Assembly (NCBI GenBank): GCA_002269645.1
Contig: NIVC01000202.1
Coordinates: 496,001-560,000, forward strand
From: Macrostomum lignano
Taxonomy: Eukaryota
Reading direction: 5' to 3'
DNA length: 64,000 nt
Shown piece after piece: positions 1 through 12,145 of the stretch. The position numbers and the translations under genes were made by a program. The notes under the pieces are model-generated. The model saw only the letters and a program-made list of their open reading frames with translations. It searched no databases and was not told where the DNA came from. Every line of letters starts with the position of its first letter. The stretch's first letter is position 1.

Positions 1-73
1 AACAGTTAAAGGTTGTTATTCAGGTTGTCAAAATAGAATCTAAAAAAGCACACGGTGTGTCTGGTCAGTTTAA

Positions 74-570
74 CTAACCGTCAGATGATGGAGACGCAGT
101 TGCAACAGCCACGGACGTCGCTATGAGCAGCGCCAGAACTTGTGCCAACTGCGGCATCAGTTGGAGCTTCATCATTGCCTCACCGATGTTCTCACTCTCG
201 AGCCTCTGCTGGCTGAAGGAGGGGAGGAACGTGAAGGAAGCACTGGGAAATGGAGCAGGAAAATGACTAAAGCAGCTGGGTTGCCAGTTGCTCAGGGTAG
301 ATATACTCGGCCGTGAGAGCGGACTGTGTGAGCGATGGGGGGGGGGGCGGGTCCGGGCCAGGTACTGCACGGCGGCAATGCGCCATTGGACAATGCAGAA
401 GCAGAATGGGTAGTGAGGGAGAGAGAGAGAACTGAAGGGGGTGGCGGGCTCGAAATGTTGACTTGTTTCAGGAGGCGGGTGCGTTGTCTGGGCTGTGAGG
501 AGTAAAACTGGTTTAATGCCACTCCCTCATCGGCTGCCAGCAGCTGCTTCTGGCTTTGTTGAAGTGGGAC
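74..570 (-). CDS. Possible terminal exon of an unidentified gene, perhaps frameshifted at the G run near 337-348
   Basis: GC-rich stretch with an acceptor-like ...aaaagttcag near 570. The frame ...LAADEGVALNQFYSS... and the overlapping frame ...QQRLESENIGEAMMKLQLMPQLAQVLALL...* could join across the homopolymer. No recognisable domain. Confidence 0.2.
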
Positions 571-669
571 TGAACTTTTAAAATATGCAGATAGCGTTGC
601 TCAGTTAGAGGACAGCTACTTAGTAGCTAGAGCGGAGAGGGCAGGAGAGGAAAGAACAGAAGATGTAAT

Positions 670-1225
670 GAGATTAGATTAAAAATTAGATAAGATTGGA
701 TGAGATGAGATGAGATTGTATATGAGATTGGTTGAGATAGGATGATATGAGATGAGATTGAATGGGATGAGATTGGATGAGATGAGATGAGATTGGATGA
801 GATGAGATTGGATGAAATAAGATGAGATTGGATGAGATGAGATGAGATTGGATGAGATGAGATGAGATTGGATGAGATGAGATCGGATGAAATGAGATGA
901 GATTGGATGATATGAGATGAGATTGAATGGGATGAGATTGGATGAAATGAGATGAGATTGGATGAGATGAGATGAGATTGTAGATGAGATTGGTTGAGAT
1001 TGGATGAGATGAGATTGGGTGAAATGAGATGAGATTGGATGAGATGAGATGAGATTGGATGAGATGAGATTGGATGAAATGAGATGAGATTAGATGAGAT
1101 GAGATGAGATTGGATGAGATGAGATGGGATGAAAGGAGATGAGATTGGATGAGATGATATGAGATTGGATGAGATGAGATGAAATGAGATTAGATTAGAT
1201 GAGACGAGATGAGGTGAGATTAGAT
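670..1225. repeat. (GATGA/GAGAT)n-type microsatellite
   Basis: Direct reading: gatgagatgagattg units repeated about 550 bp. Confidence 0.95.
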
Positions 1226-1711
1226 GAGAGGAGAGGAGGAGAGACTACGAGCTAGAGCAGAAAGTTGGATATTGCCCATGTCACACTCATGTGGATACAG
1301 CATACCCAGACTTAGATATCCCTGCACTCCACTAAGCAGAGAGGATTCAAGCAGGTATGGAGCGCACAGGACTAAGGCTGTAAACTTGATGAGGTCACGG
1401 GTGTACAGGAGATCCGGTTGGAACTGGATTTTTATTGCAATAATTTTTCCAATTCAAACAAAACTTCCGTTTATAATCCAATAAACTCTAGTTAGAGCTT
1501 GATATTTTAATTGGAATTTTTATTGAGTCCTTGACTACGCTATGGCTGAAGAAGGCGAGCTGGCAGAGGCCAGCTACTATTTTTAGAATTGAAGTGCACC
1601 TCAGCATCCACCCGATACACGAACGGTCACTCTGTACTTAACCAACAACAATAAAGCAGGGGTGTCACCATGGATTTGATGCTGGAGGGGGAACGAAGTC
1701 AGGAATTCTTT

Positions 1712-2430
1712 ATGTACATGAATAAATTCCTACATGTACATGAATAAATTCCTACAGGTACATGACTAAATTCCTACATGTACATGATTAAATTCCTACA
1801 TGTACATGACTAAATTCCTACATGTACATGACTAAATTCCTACATGTACATGACTAAATTCCTACATGTACATGACTAAATTCCTACATGTACATGACTA
1901 AATTCCTACATGTACATGACTAAATTCCTACATGTACATGATTAAATTCCTACATGTACATGACTAAATTCCTACATGTACATGATTAAATTCCTACATG
2001 TACATGACTAAATTCCTACATGTACATGACTAAATTCCTACATGTACATGACTAAATTCCTACATGTACATGATTAAATTCCTACATGTACATGACTAAA
2101 TTCCTACATGTACATGAATAAATTCCTACATGTACATGACTAAATTCCTACATGTACATGACTAAATTCCTACATGTACATGATTAAATTCCTACATGTA
2201 CATGACTAAATTCCTACATGTACATGATTAAATTCCTACATGTACATGACTAAATTCCTACATGTACATGACTAAATTCCTACATGTACATGATTAAATT
2301 CCTACATGTACATGACTAAATTCCTACATGTACATGACTAAATTCCTACATGTACATGACTAAATTCCTACATGTACATGACTAAATTCCTACATGTACA
2401 TGACTAAATTCCTACATGTACATGACTAAA
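1712..2430. repeat. 22-bp minisatellite (TACATGTACATGACTAAATTCC)n
   Basis: About 32 near-identical tandem units. Confidence 0.95.
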
Positions 2431-2435
2431 TTCCT

Positions 2436-2715
2436 TATTTTGGCGCCGCAGACACTCATTTTGGCGCAGCAGGCACTCATTTTGGCGCCGCAGACACTCA
2501 TTTTGGCGCCGCAGACACTCATTTTGGCGCAGCAGGCACTCATTTTGGCGCCGCAGACACTCATTTTGGCGCCGCAGACACTCATTTTGGCGCCGCAGAA
2601 CACTCATTTTGGCGCCGCAGGCACTCATTTTGGCGCTGCAGGCACTCATTTTGGCGCCGCAGGCACTCATTTTGGCGCCGCAGGCTATAATTTTAGCGCC
2701 GCAGGCTATAATTTT
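2436..2715. repeat. 21-bp minisatellite (CACTCATTTTGGCGCCGCAGA/G)n
   Basis: About 13 tandem units, degenerating at the right end. Confidence 0.95.
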
Positions 2716-3204
2716 CAGCGCCCTGAAGCAAAATTATTGATTTCCATATCGGGTCCTGAGGTGAGGTGGGGGAAAGCATTAACATATCCCCCCCCAAAGC
2801 TTTTACGGGGGGGGGGCACATGTCCTGCCTGTCCCTCTGGTGGCGACGGCCCTGACAATAAGCATAAGTAGGTATATAGTATATCTTTTAATACCTGTCT
2901 GACAAATTCAACTGTGAAAGGTGAAAGTGAGACACGAACTCTTGAGTCATGCACTTCAGTGATGGGAATTCCAGTTCGATCAGGAATGCAGGAGAGAGTA
3001 CGCTGCTCAGAGGGGGGGCGAGTGAGTCGCACGGGATAGAAAGAGAATAGATGGATGGATTGAGAGGAATGGGAAAGCAAGCAATCACCATGGTGACTGG
3101 GAAAATAAACACACGCTTTTCCTCCCCTGCCCACATGTTCCCACCCCCCCCAATACTCACACCTCAGCCTCCTGCATGCTTTCCCCATTGATGAGGACCT
3201 AAAC

Positions 3205-3507
3205 CAGGGGTCGGCAAACATTCCAGCTCAAGACTGCTAGCCTGATGAGAGTGGAAATGCAGGAGAAAAGAATATGAGAGATGAGACAGGAAAGGAGAGG
3301 CGAGGGATCGATGAGAGAAGAGATAAAAGAGAAGTTAGCACTCGTATGAGGATAGGAGAGATGAGAAAAGAGATTAGAGAGTAGATTAGAGAGAAGAGAG
3401 CTGAGAAGTGACACAAAACTTGAGCAGGCCGGATTTCTATTGTGAAGTTTCAAAGGACCCGAGGCCCAGATAGAGAGGCTTCGCGGGCCGGAGCTTACCG
3501 ACCCCTG
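3205..3507. mobile_element. hAT (Charlie-like) MITE
   Basis: TIRs CAGGGGTCGGCAAAC / GCTTACCGACCCCTG. Perfect 8-bp TSD ACCTAAAC at 3197-3204 and 3508-3515. GA-rich interior. Confidence 0.85.
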
Positions 3508-3866
3508 ACCTAAACTCAATACCCTCCCTAAGCAGATAAGAAGGGTCGTAAAAAGGAATACAATTTGCTACTGTATAGCAGGGACTTACATGCACTGACG
3601 CAAAGGTGACCAGGATGGACAGTCCACCACCGCCCACCAGCCAGCATAGCTAGCACCGCTTTTGCCTCCGGCCCTGCACCCAGGTGGTCTCCAACATGCA
3701 AATATGAAGCGATTATGCTTTATGCATTACAATAATCTGCCTTTCGTTGCATTATCATATTTAAGGAGTTTCCGCTTTCTACCAATAAGGACCGAGTGTC
3801 TATGGCCATTCTCATGGAATCTCTTACTGAGTTTTTCAAAACTATTATGTATATAATCATGGATGT

Positions 3867-4800
3867 TTAATGCGCATTCTAGGGTTAGAAAGTCCGAGGC
3901 TGCATTTGATGGTCTCGAGGCGAGCGAAGCGAGCCGAGGACCATTAAGTGTGGCCGAGGACTTTCTACCATAGAATGCGCATTAAACTACCGTGATCTTA
4001 TATGAAATCCGAATTGCTTATTTTTGTAGCTTTCTCTTGAGCCGGGCCGAATGCGGTGCAGCCAGTCGGCAAAGACCCGACTGGGGGTGTGGGGGCGAAG
4101 CCCCCACATTGGAACCATAGACAACTTTTCCATAAATTTAAGACAGTACTAGCTAGACGAAATCCGAATTACTTTCTTTCGTAGCTTTCTCTTGAACCAC
4201 ACCGCGATGGAAGAAGAATTTGATAGCGACAACTTTTATAATTTTTTTGATCCAGCCCCTGCTGGAAATGTAGTTCCGCCGCCCCTCGGAAACGCTAAAA
4301 CACTGCCGACCAAACCTAGCTCTCGTTTCGGTGAGTTGCTTGATGAGACCGCTTTGGAGCGCAGAATGCTAGAGAGCTCACCTGAGTCTACACTAGCAAG
4401 AGAAAAGTGGGCGATGAATGTGTTCCAGACGTGGAAGGAGAATCGTGTCCAACTGCAAATGCAAGGCCGTCTGTCAGGACTCGCGGTGATTAAGCCTGTC
4501 GAAGAGCTTACAAAGAATGAGATCAACGAACTGTTGCACTTCTTCGTTTTTGAGGTGAGGAAGGAGAATGGCGAAAAATATCCGCCGGGAACTCTGAAAA
4601 ACTTGGTATCGATGATCCAACACTTTTACGTGAGCCTGTCGCTTCTGGAGATTCCAGCGCTTCTATTACTGACCACGGTGTCAAGTCTATTGTCATTGAT
4701 GGAGCTAAAATCGAAATTCAGTTTAAGTGAGTTGGTGAAACGTTTAATGCATTGCCTATTATTGAAAAAACTAAATATGTTTCCTATATAACCCTACCAA
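3867..4800 (+). mobile_element. Crypton-like (tyrosine-recombinase transposon) remnant, internally deleted
   Basis: ORF 4192-4791 contains STLAREKWAMNVFQTWKENR...EINELLHFFVFEVRKENGEKYPPGTLKNLVSMIQHFY, resembling the N-terminal part of Crypton / DUF3504 (ZMYM-QRICH1-KCTD1) proteins. No catalytic domain follows. Upstream 119-bp hairpin at 3867-3985. Confidence 0.65.
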
Positions 4801-5998
4801 TTGTCCATGGCTTGGCTAGAAAATTGTTTTTTTGTTGCTTCGTTATACAGTATATAATAACAGTTTTTTTGTTGCATCCAAGTACACTGTCTAGTTCTGT
4901 TTAGTCTATGGTTCAAACTGCTTTCATTTAGGGACCATCAAATCATTTGATGGTCTCCATTTTGGAGCCCATCAAATTATTTGATGTGCCTGGAATTATA
5001 GCACTTTAAACCGTAGACTAGGCTTTCCTGGCTCAGAATGAGCCCAATAAATGTCAATAAAATAAGTAATCGGATTTTATATTAAATTCAGCGTCAGCAA
5101 CAATCAAAAGTTCCACCCTCCAAGTGAGATGAATTGTTTTTCTCCTTTATTGCGACAAATTCTCACTCACAATTCAACCCTCAAGTTACGCAACTAAGCC
5201 GCCCCGAGGAAGGGAAAGTTGATTGAATCAATAATGATCCCCCTCGCATGCGGAAGTGCAGCGACTCTGCGGTGCATCCCCAGCTGATGAGGCGGTGCAG
5301 AAAGTCCTGGGGAGGCTGCTGCCAAGCGTTTTCAATGTCATGACGCAGCTCCGTAACAGTCTGGGGTGGATTCTCTTTTCAAATGCTGCGTTTTAGGAAG
5401 TCATCCTGGACAACCCCCAAGTGGCAATAAGCTTCGCGCATGCCGTAAGCTGCGTCACTCGCAAAGTGAGAAAAAATCATCTCGCTTGGAGTTTGGAACT
5501 TATGACTGTTGCTGAGTATATATTTGAGCTCATTGAAATTATGCTTTTAAATACGAGCTGTGACAACAATCTCACACTACATGTACGTGCGCTCCTTGAC
5601 ACCTTGGCACTTGGCACCAGGGGCCAATTTTACGAAGCCTTCACTGCGTGGGACTTTCCTTGTCCCCCACCCCACCGAAACTGCGAAGCACTGCGGATTG
5701 GTACAAACAATGCCGCACTGCATATGCATTTTCCTCTCTAACGAACCAAGCCCAGCAATTCCGCAGATGGACACAGAGAGTGTGTAAACTAAAAAAAGTA
5801 ACAGGAAAAGTCGGTTAATACTTATTACAAAATCTTTTTATGAAGCTTCTGCGTCATTAATTATAAAAGGGTTTCGTGAGAAAGTTCCCATCTAAATTGC
5901 TAAAATAAATGAAAGTGGTAAAAATTTAATTGGAGTTGCTCATGGGTCATTTTTATTGTGCTCCTTAGATCATGGGTTGGCAAACTTTTTACCTCAGG

Positions 5999-6305
5999 GC
6001 CAGGAGAGAGAAGAGAAGGGAGAGGAGAGAAGGGAGAGGAGAGATGGGAGAGGAGAGAAGGGAGAGGAGAGATGGGAGAGGAGAGAAGGGAGAGGAGAGA
6101 TGGGAGAGGAGAGAAGGGAGAGGAGAGATGGGAGAGGAGAGAAGGGAGAGGAGAGATGGTAGAGGAGAGAAGGGAGAGGAGAGAAGGGAGAGGAGAGAAG
6201 GGAGAGGAGAGAATGGAGAGGAGAGAAGGGAGAGGAGAGAAGGGAGAGGAGAGAAGGGAGAGGAGAGAAGGGAGAGGAGAGATGGGAGATGAGAGAAGGG
6301 AGAGA
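5999..6305. repeat. Purine-rich GGAGAGGAGAGAAG/ATG tandem repeat
   Basis: Direct reading. Preceded by CATGGGTTGGCAAACTTTT...GGGCCAG at ~5978, resembling a Charlie-type left end. Confidence 0.9.
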
Positions 6306-7440
6306 GCGCGGCCACATTAATTTGGAGCTTGTTTGCAGGAAAGTTAATCGTGCAAAGACGAATCATGCGATTCACAGCCATGAGGCACAGAAAGTGTACA
6401 TGGCGGTCGATCACATGCCTGTAGAAAGTCAGGGCCATTGTACACCCCGTGTGAGCGTGCGTCCGCAGCCATGCCCTGCGAATATTGATGAGAAGGCAGT
6501 GATCTCTGAAAGATAACAGAACCGGACATTAAACTGGATGCACCCGTAGAGATTCTTATGCGCTTGGCATTCCAGAATTTCAGTCTGTGCTTCGCCTAAA
6601 AATGGCCCTGTGCTTTTTACCGTTGTTTTTGTTAAAAGAGCTTACTAGTTTCTGGCTTGATAGAAAAATTAAATTAGTTTCCACTACTAATAGTAGCAAG
6701 TTTAAAAAGTAGAATAGTGAAATTCGAATGTCTGTTTGCATCTTTCCAAACAATAAATTGCCCCAAGTCAATAAAAAGTTGAAATTCGAACTAAATGGTC
6801 ATACTTTCGTTCTAAATACTTTCATATATATTCAATGGTCATTTATTAATTTACAATTTAGTTTTCTGCGTTAAGTTTTGTTTTAATCGTGCTTCTAAAA
6901 ATAGAAACAGCAATAGGCCTGAATTCAGTTCCGGGCATTAAACTACACAAGGACCACTTGGTTGTAGTTGAAGGAAGAAGCAACACTATTAAAATTAAAA
7001 ATACCCCAAAATTCTTAAATTCGAGTTACTTACTTTCACTACCCAGTGGATCCTTGAAACTACTGCAAAAATGATTTCAATAGTTAGGCTAGATCTACAG
7101 TTGCTCTATACAAGCAATTATAATGCTGCTCAAGCAACAAGGTCAATATGGGATTAATGGAATTATTTGCCACGAATGCAGCAGCCGAAATCATCATATG
7201 GCTACTAGCTAAAGTGCGAACCATGTTCAAGGATTCTGCCAGCTTATAAACACAAATAACATGAACTGTTGAAACTTAAAAGCATGCCGAATTATAGTAA
7301 CAATGTTGCATATATAGTTAGTAATGTGAGTTAGAGAACCCGGATCATTGGAGCCCATGGGTCATCCGCATTGGTCAGAGGCTGATTCATTTAGCAGCAA
7401 TAAATACAGTTAGAGATTGCGGAATTCCAGCCTTCAAAAC

Positions 7441-8964
7441 TCAGCGCTCAGCTCTCGGCCGCCGCGGTTTAGCTGCGTCCGTCCGCCTGCGGTTCTTCCT
7501 CCTCCGGCCGCCGCCACCTTTGCGCCGATTCCTGCGCGCCTGCCGACGTCTAGCCGCGTCGCCGCTGTCGGTCTTCAGGCCCAGAAGCGACGCGCCGCCG
7601 CTGCAGAGGCTGCCGCCGCTGTCCCGGCGCTTCCGTCTGTCCCGGCGGATGCTGCGCAGAGCCCGGCGAAATGTCGGCTGGCGATTGTTCCACTCCGTCA
7701 TGAACTTCACGTCCAGGGCGTCGCCGCCAGCCGCCAGCGAGCCCATCAGCAGGTAGCGCCGCTTGGGATGGGCCGCGGCCGCTTCAAGCAGCGGGCAGTC
7801 CGCGGCCAGCGTGCAGTTGGCGATTTTGCCACCGCCGGCCAGCCGAAGCGAAACGCCACGGCTCCCGCTTTTTCGACGTCGGCCTCCGACATTCCGGCGT
7901 CTCTGCCGTTGACGCTGCCGCTTGCGCCGCGGCCTCGGCGGTTCTTCAGCAGACGACGACTCCAGCTGGCGAGGCACCGAGAAAAATCTCAGCCGGCCTT
8001 TGAATTGAAACTGTCGGCCAGCCGCTCCGGTGGTCACGTGATCGATGCGCGCTTTCAGCACTGTGGAATTGTAGAGGAATCGTGTAGTGACTAAGCAGAT
8101 TTTACAGAGCAAAGGGGCATCGAAATTAATTGTTTTAACCCCATACATTCTTTATGATTGGGCAACGATACTCACCAATATCGTTCATGCAGTAGCCGCT
8201 GACCAAAGACTCATAGCTGGGCTCTTGAACGCACGCCTGGCACTGGGCTGTGGAGATTTTCGGAGTCAGTTTATAATCAGATAACCCACTTAATGCGCAC
8301 CTGGCCCACCACTTCTGTAAGAATGTTAATAAAACTCACCTGATCGTACAGCCACATCAGTTTCTGAAATCGGATGTCATTAAGAGAGATTTTACAAACA
8401 AATTGGTCTATGTTAACAACTGTCCTTCGTCAGACTTTGTGGGAACTCACGCGTAGCGGACCGCTTGATGCACATGAGATTGTTCTCCGGCGGGAACTGA
8501 GTACAGTTGAGCATGTCAGGCCAGCCGAAGCCGAACTTCTCCATAATGGCCAGGCAGGAGGACTTCACAGACTCGCATAGGCTCCGGCAGGGCTGGATGC
8601 TCTTCTCTAATAAGTGCTCAATGCACACCGGAGCGTAGATTGAGCACAGCAGCACTCGGATCTCCGGATGGCAGTTAGTATTCACCAGAGCCTGCCAATG
8701 CTTAGTCTGCTCCTCAACCTCCTTGGCGCTCTCGTGGTTCAGCATGTTCGGCAGGCGCATCTCCGGGTAGCCGATGCCGTAGCACAGCCCCATAGTGCTG
8801 GGGATCGGCCAGCAGCGATGACTGCCGGGCACCGCCGAGCCCCAGGAGGCCGCTCCGGGCTGCGGCAGATTCCATTCTGGAGGAAGCGCCGCGACGTAAG
8901 ACGCCGCAACGATGACAATGACCGCCAGGCGGCCAACAGAAAAGAGCAGCGGCAGGCGGAGCAT
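7441..8964 (-). CDS. sFRP: Secreted frizzled-related protein (sFRP1/2/5-like), 3 exons, 401 aa
   Basis: Exons 8964-8451, 8247-8176, 8060-7441 (1206 nt, in phase, GT-AG). Signal peptide; Frizzled CRD (CWPIP...LCYGIGY..MRLPNML.HES..EV...CHP..R.LLCS.YAPVC...PCRSLCESV..SC...M..FGF.WP.ML.C..FP); NTR domain (CQAC...YC...VLKARIDHV...CPLL...YLLMG...TEW...FRRALR). No 7TM region. Confidence 0.93.
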
Positions 8965-10130
8965 TTTGCAATTGAGGCTGCTTCAGCTCCTCCCTCTTGT
9001 TGCGCGCCAAGCCAAGTCTGGCTCCTATATTCCAGTCTTCCTCCGCGCGGGGGGATGCTGTCTTGTCAGGCAGACGGGGAGAGGGACGACTGAAATTGAT
9101 GAACGGCGAGGCGCTGGGCGAGGCACGCAGAGAAACAGGAGTGGAGGTTGTTGTTTGACGGCGATGCGCGTCTGTGTGTGGGAAAAATTTTGTTGCGGTC
9201 GGCGAGATCAAAGGTGGGGCTCCGCCTTTTTAAATACCGAACCGCCGCCGCCGCCGCCGTATCGACCCAGTTACAGACCAATGCCGGCTTGTCTGCCACT
9301 AGCAAAGATGAAGTGCGGGCGTACAGCGAAGAAGAGGGAGAGAGTGGCGCAAGGCGAGGCTGCAAATCCTAGTCTATAATATTTTTATTCTTCTTTTTAT
9401 CCATTCCGCTTATGATTCATCATCAATCAGTGGCAGGGATGGGCTGGAAAGAGGAATGTCAGGCTCATCCCCCCCCCCCCCCTGTTCAGCCAGCAAGCAA
9501 TGGATCTGTGGATCTGCTGCGGTAGACAATCCCAGACGGGCAGCTGGAAACCGCAGCACTGGCTTGCCCCAAGTCTATTCCTAGCTGTAGTGGAGCGAAT
9601 TCCATGGCAGCAAAGGGCGGCAAAAAACCACAGCAGAATCAACATTGCGTGCCGCTTCATCACCGCCGATGCTGGACTATCGCATTTATGAATTATGAAA
9701 ATAAAATAGCAGAATCCGGCACAGAGTTAGCTAAACTTGAAGCAACTGCATCATGTGCGCAGTTGGCCATTCAGTTCACATTTTTTCTGCCGGGCCGTCG
9801 TTTGGAGGAGAGCGGAAGGAACAACCCTTTCATGAGAGCGAAAATGCAAGCTTCATCATAGGAATGGCAGCGTCCATAGCTCTCGATTAATGTGCTAAAT
9901 ATATGTACCACAAGTTCTAGTCATTTATATTCTTTCCAGCTATAATGTACTGAAGCTCGCAAAGTTTTTCGCAACCCTGACGACGGTTAATTTTAAGTCA
10001 TTATCTTAGCCACAGATATTAATATAGGCCTAAAGGTCCTTCAAGCCGATGATGAACAAGAGAAGTCTATTGGAGTCAATACTCAATCAAAATCTCTACC
10101 AGCTATGCTTTTAAATTTAAATTCTATAAA

Positions 10131-12027
10131 GCGTACAAGCTACGGACAGCTGCACATGACACACACGAGAGCGTACAAGCTACGGACAGCTGCACATGAC
10201 ACACACGAGAGCGTACAAGCTACGGACAGCTGCACATGACACACACGAGAGCGTACAAGCTACGGACAGCTGCACATGACACACACGAGAGCGTACAAGC
10301 TACGGACAGCTGCACATGACACACACGAGAGCGTACAAGCTACGGACAGCTGCACATGACACACACGAGAGCGTACAAGCTACGGACAGCTGCACATGAC
10401 ACACACGAGAGCGTACAAGCCACGGACAGCTGCACATGATGCACACGAGAGCGTACAAGCTACGGACAGCTGCACATGATGCACACGAGAGCGTACAAGC
10501 TACGGACAGCTGCACATGATGCACACGAGAGCGTACAAGCTACGGACAGCTGCACATGATGCACACGAGAGCGTACAAGCCACGAACAGCTGCACATGAT
10601 GCACACGAGAGCGTACAAGCCACGGACAGCTGCAAATGATGCACACGAGAGCGTACAAGCTACGGACAGCTGCACATGATGCACACGAGAGCGTACAAGC
10701 CACGAACAGCTGCACATGATGCACACGAGAGCGTACAAGCTACGGACAGCTGCACATGATGCACACGAGAGCGTACAAGCCACGGACAGCTGCAAATGAT
10801 GCACACGAGAGCGAACAAGCCACGGACAGCTGCAAATGATGCACACGAGAGCGTACAAGCTACGGACAGCTGCACATGATGCACACGAGAGCGTACAAGC
10901 TACGGACAGCTGCACATGATGCACACGAGAGCGTACAAGCTACGGACAGCTGCACATGATGCACACGAGAGCATACAAGCCACGAACAGCTGCACATGAT
11001 GCACACGAGAGCGTACAAGCCAAGGACAGCTGCAAATGATGCACACGAGAGCGTACAAGCTACGGACAGCTGCACATGATGCACACGAGAGCGTACAAGC
11101 TACGGACAGCTGCACATGATGCACACGAGAGCGTACAAGCCACGGACAGCTGCACATGATACACACGAGAGCGTACAAGCTACGGACAGCTGCACATGAC
11201 ACACACGAGAGCGTACAAGCTACGGACAGCTGCACATGACACACACGAGAGCGTACAAGCTACGGACAGCTGCACATGACACACACGAGAGCGTACAAGC
11301 TACGGACAGCTGCACATGACACACACGAGAGCGTACAAGCTACGGACAGCTGCACATGACACACACGAGAGCGTACAAGCTACGGACAGCTGCACATGAT
11401 GCACACGAGAGCGTACAAGCTACGGACAGCTGCACATGATGCACACGAGAGCGTACAAGCTACGGACAGCTGCACATGATGCACACGAGAGCGTACAAGC
11501 TACGGACAGCTGCACATGACACACACGAGAGCGTACAAGCTACGGACAGCTGCACATGACACACACGAGAGCGTACAAGCTACGGACAGCTGCACATGAC
11601 ACACACGAGAGCGTACAAGCTACGGACAGCTGCACATGATGCACACGAGAGCGTACAAGCTACGGACAGCTGCACATGATGCACACGAGAGCGTACAAGC
11701 TACGGACAGCTGCACATGATGCACACGAGAGCGTACAAGCTACGGACAGCTGCACATGATGCACACGAGAGCGTACAAGCCACGGACAGCTGCACATGAT
11801 GCACACGAGAGCGAACAAGCCACGGACAGCTGCACATGAGACACACGAGAGCGAACAAGCCACGGACAGCTGCACATGAGACACACGAGAGCATACAAGC
11901 CACGGACAGCTGCACATGATGCACACGAGAGCGAACAAGCCACGGACAGCTGCACATGAGACACACGAGAGCGAACAAGCCACGGACAGCTGCACATGAG
12001 ACACACGAGAGCGTACAAGCCACGGAC
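10131..12027. repeat. 40-bp minisatellite (GCGTACAAGCTACGGACAGCTGCACATGACACACACGAGA)n
   Basis: About 47 tandem copies with a few recurrent variants. Confidence 0.97.
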
Positions 12028-12145
12028 AAGTATGTTAGAGACGAGAATGCTCGCACATGTTGCAGATGAGTGCGTACACCAAAAATGAATATATATTTCT
12101 ATCCATAAGGTGTGCAGTTATTTTTCACAAGCAACCGTGTACCAG

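Larger units (their letters stand above)
1657..2854. mobile_element. Non-autonomous hAT-like element carrying two internal minisatellites
   Basis: Imperfect TIRs CAGGGGTGTCACCA (1657) and TGGCGACGGCCCTG (ends 2854). Flanks ACAATAAAG / ACAATAAG form a near-perfect 8-bp TSD. Confidence 0.6.

Noticed and set aside
1300-1425. Minus-strand open stretch PDLLYTRDLIKF...GYLSL with a GTATGC donor in phase with the 74-570 segment
   Set aside because: Weak acceptor and no recognisable homology, so it was not called as an exon.
5200-5790. Moderately GC-rich segment with short ORFs
   Set aside because: No motif, splice pattern or repeat structure that I could support.
7417-8094. Plus-strand 225-aa ORF
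   Set aside because: Antisense shadow of the GC-rich sFRP exon. The same applies to most long overlapping ORFs over JADE, GANP, XPO6 and pol (for example 59293-60627 on minus).
9066-9861. Short ORFs upstream of sFRP
   Set aside because: No domain signal. Probably 5' UTR or promoter sequence.
10131-12027. Regular 40-bp array as a CRISPR array or Cys-rich ORFs
   Set aside because: Units abut without unique spacers and the context is eukaryotic. The ORFs are translations of the repeat.
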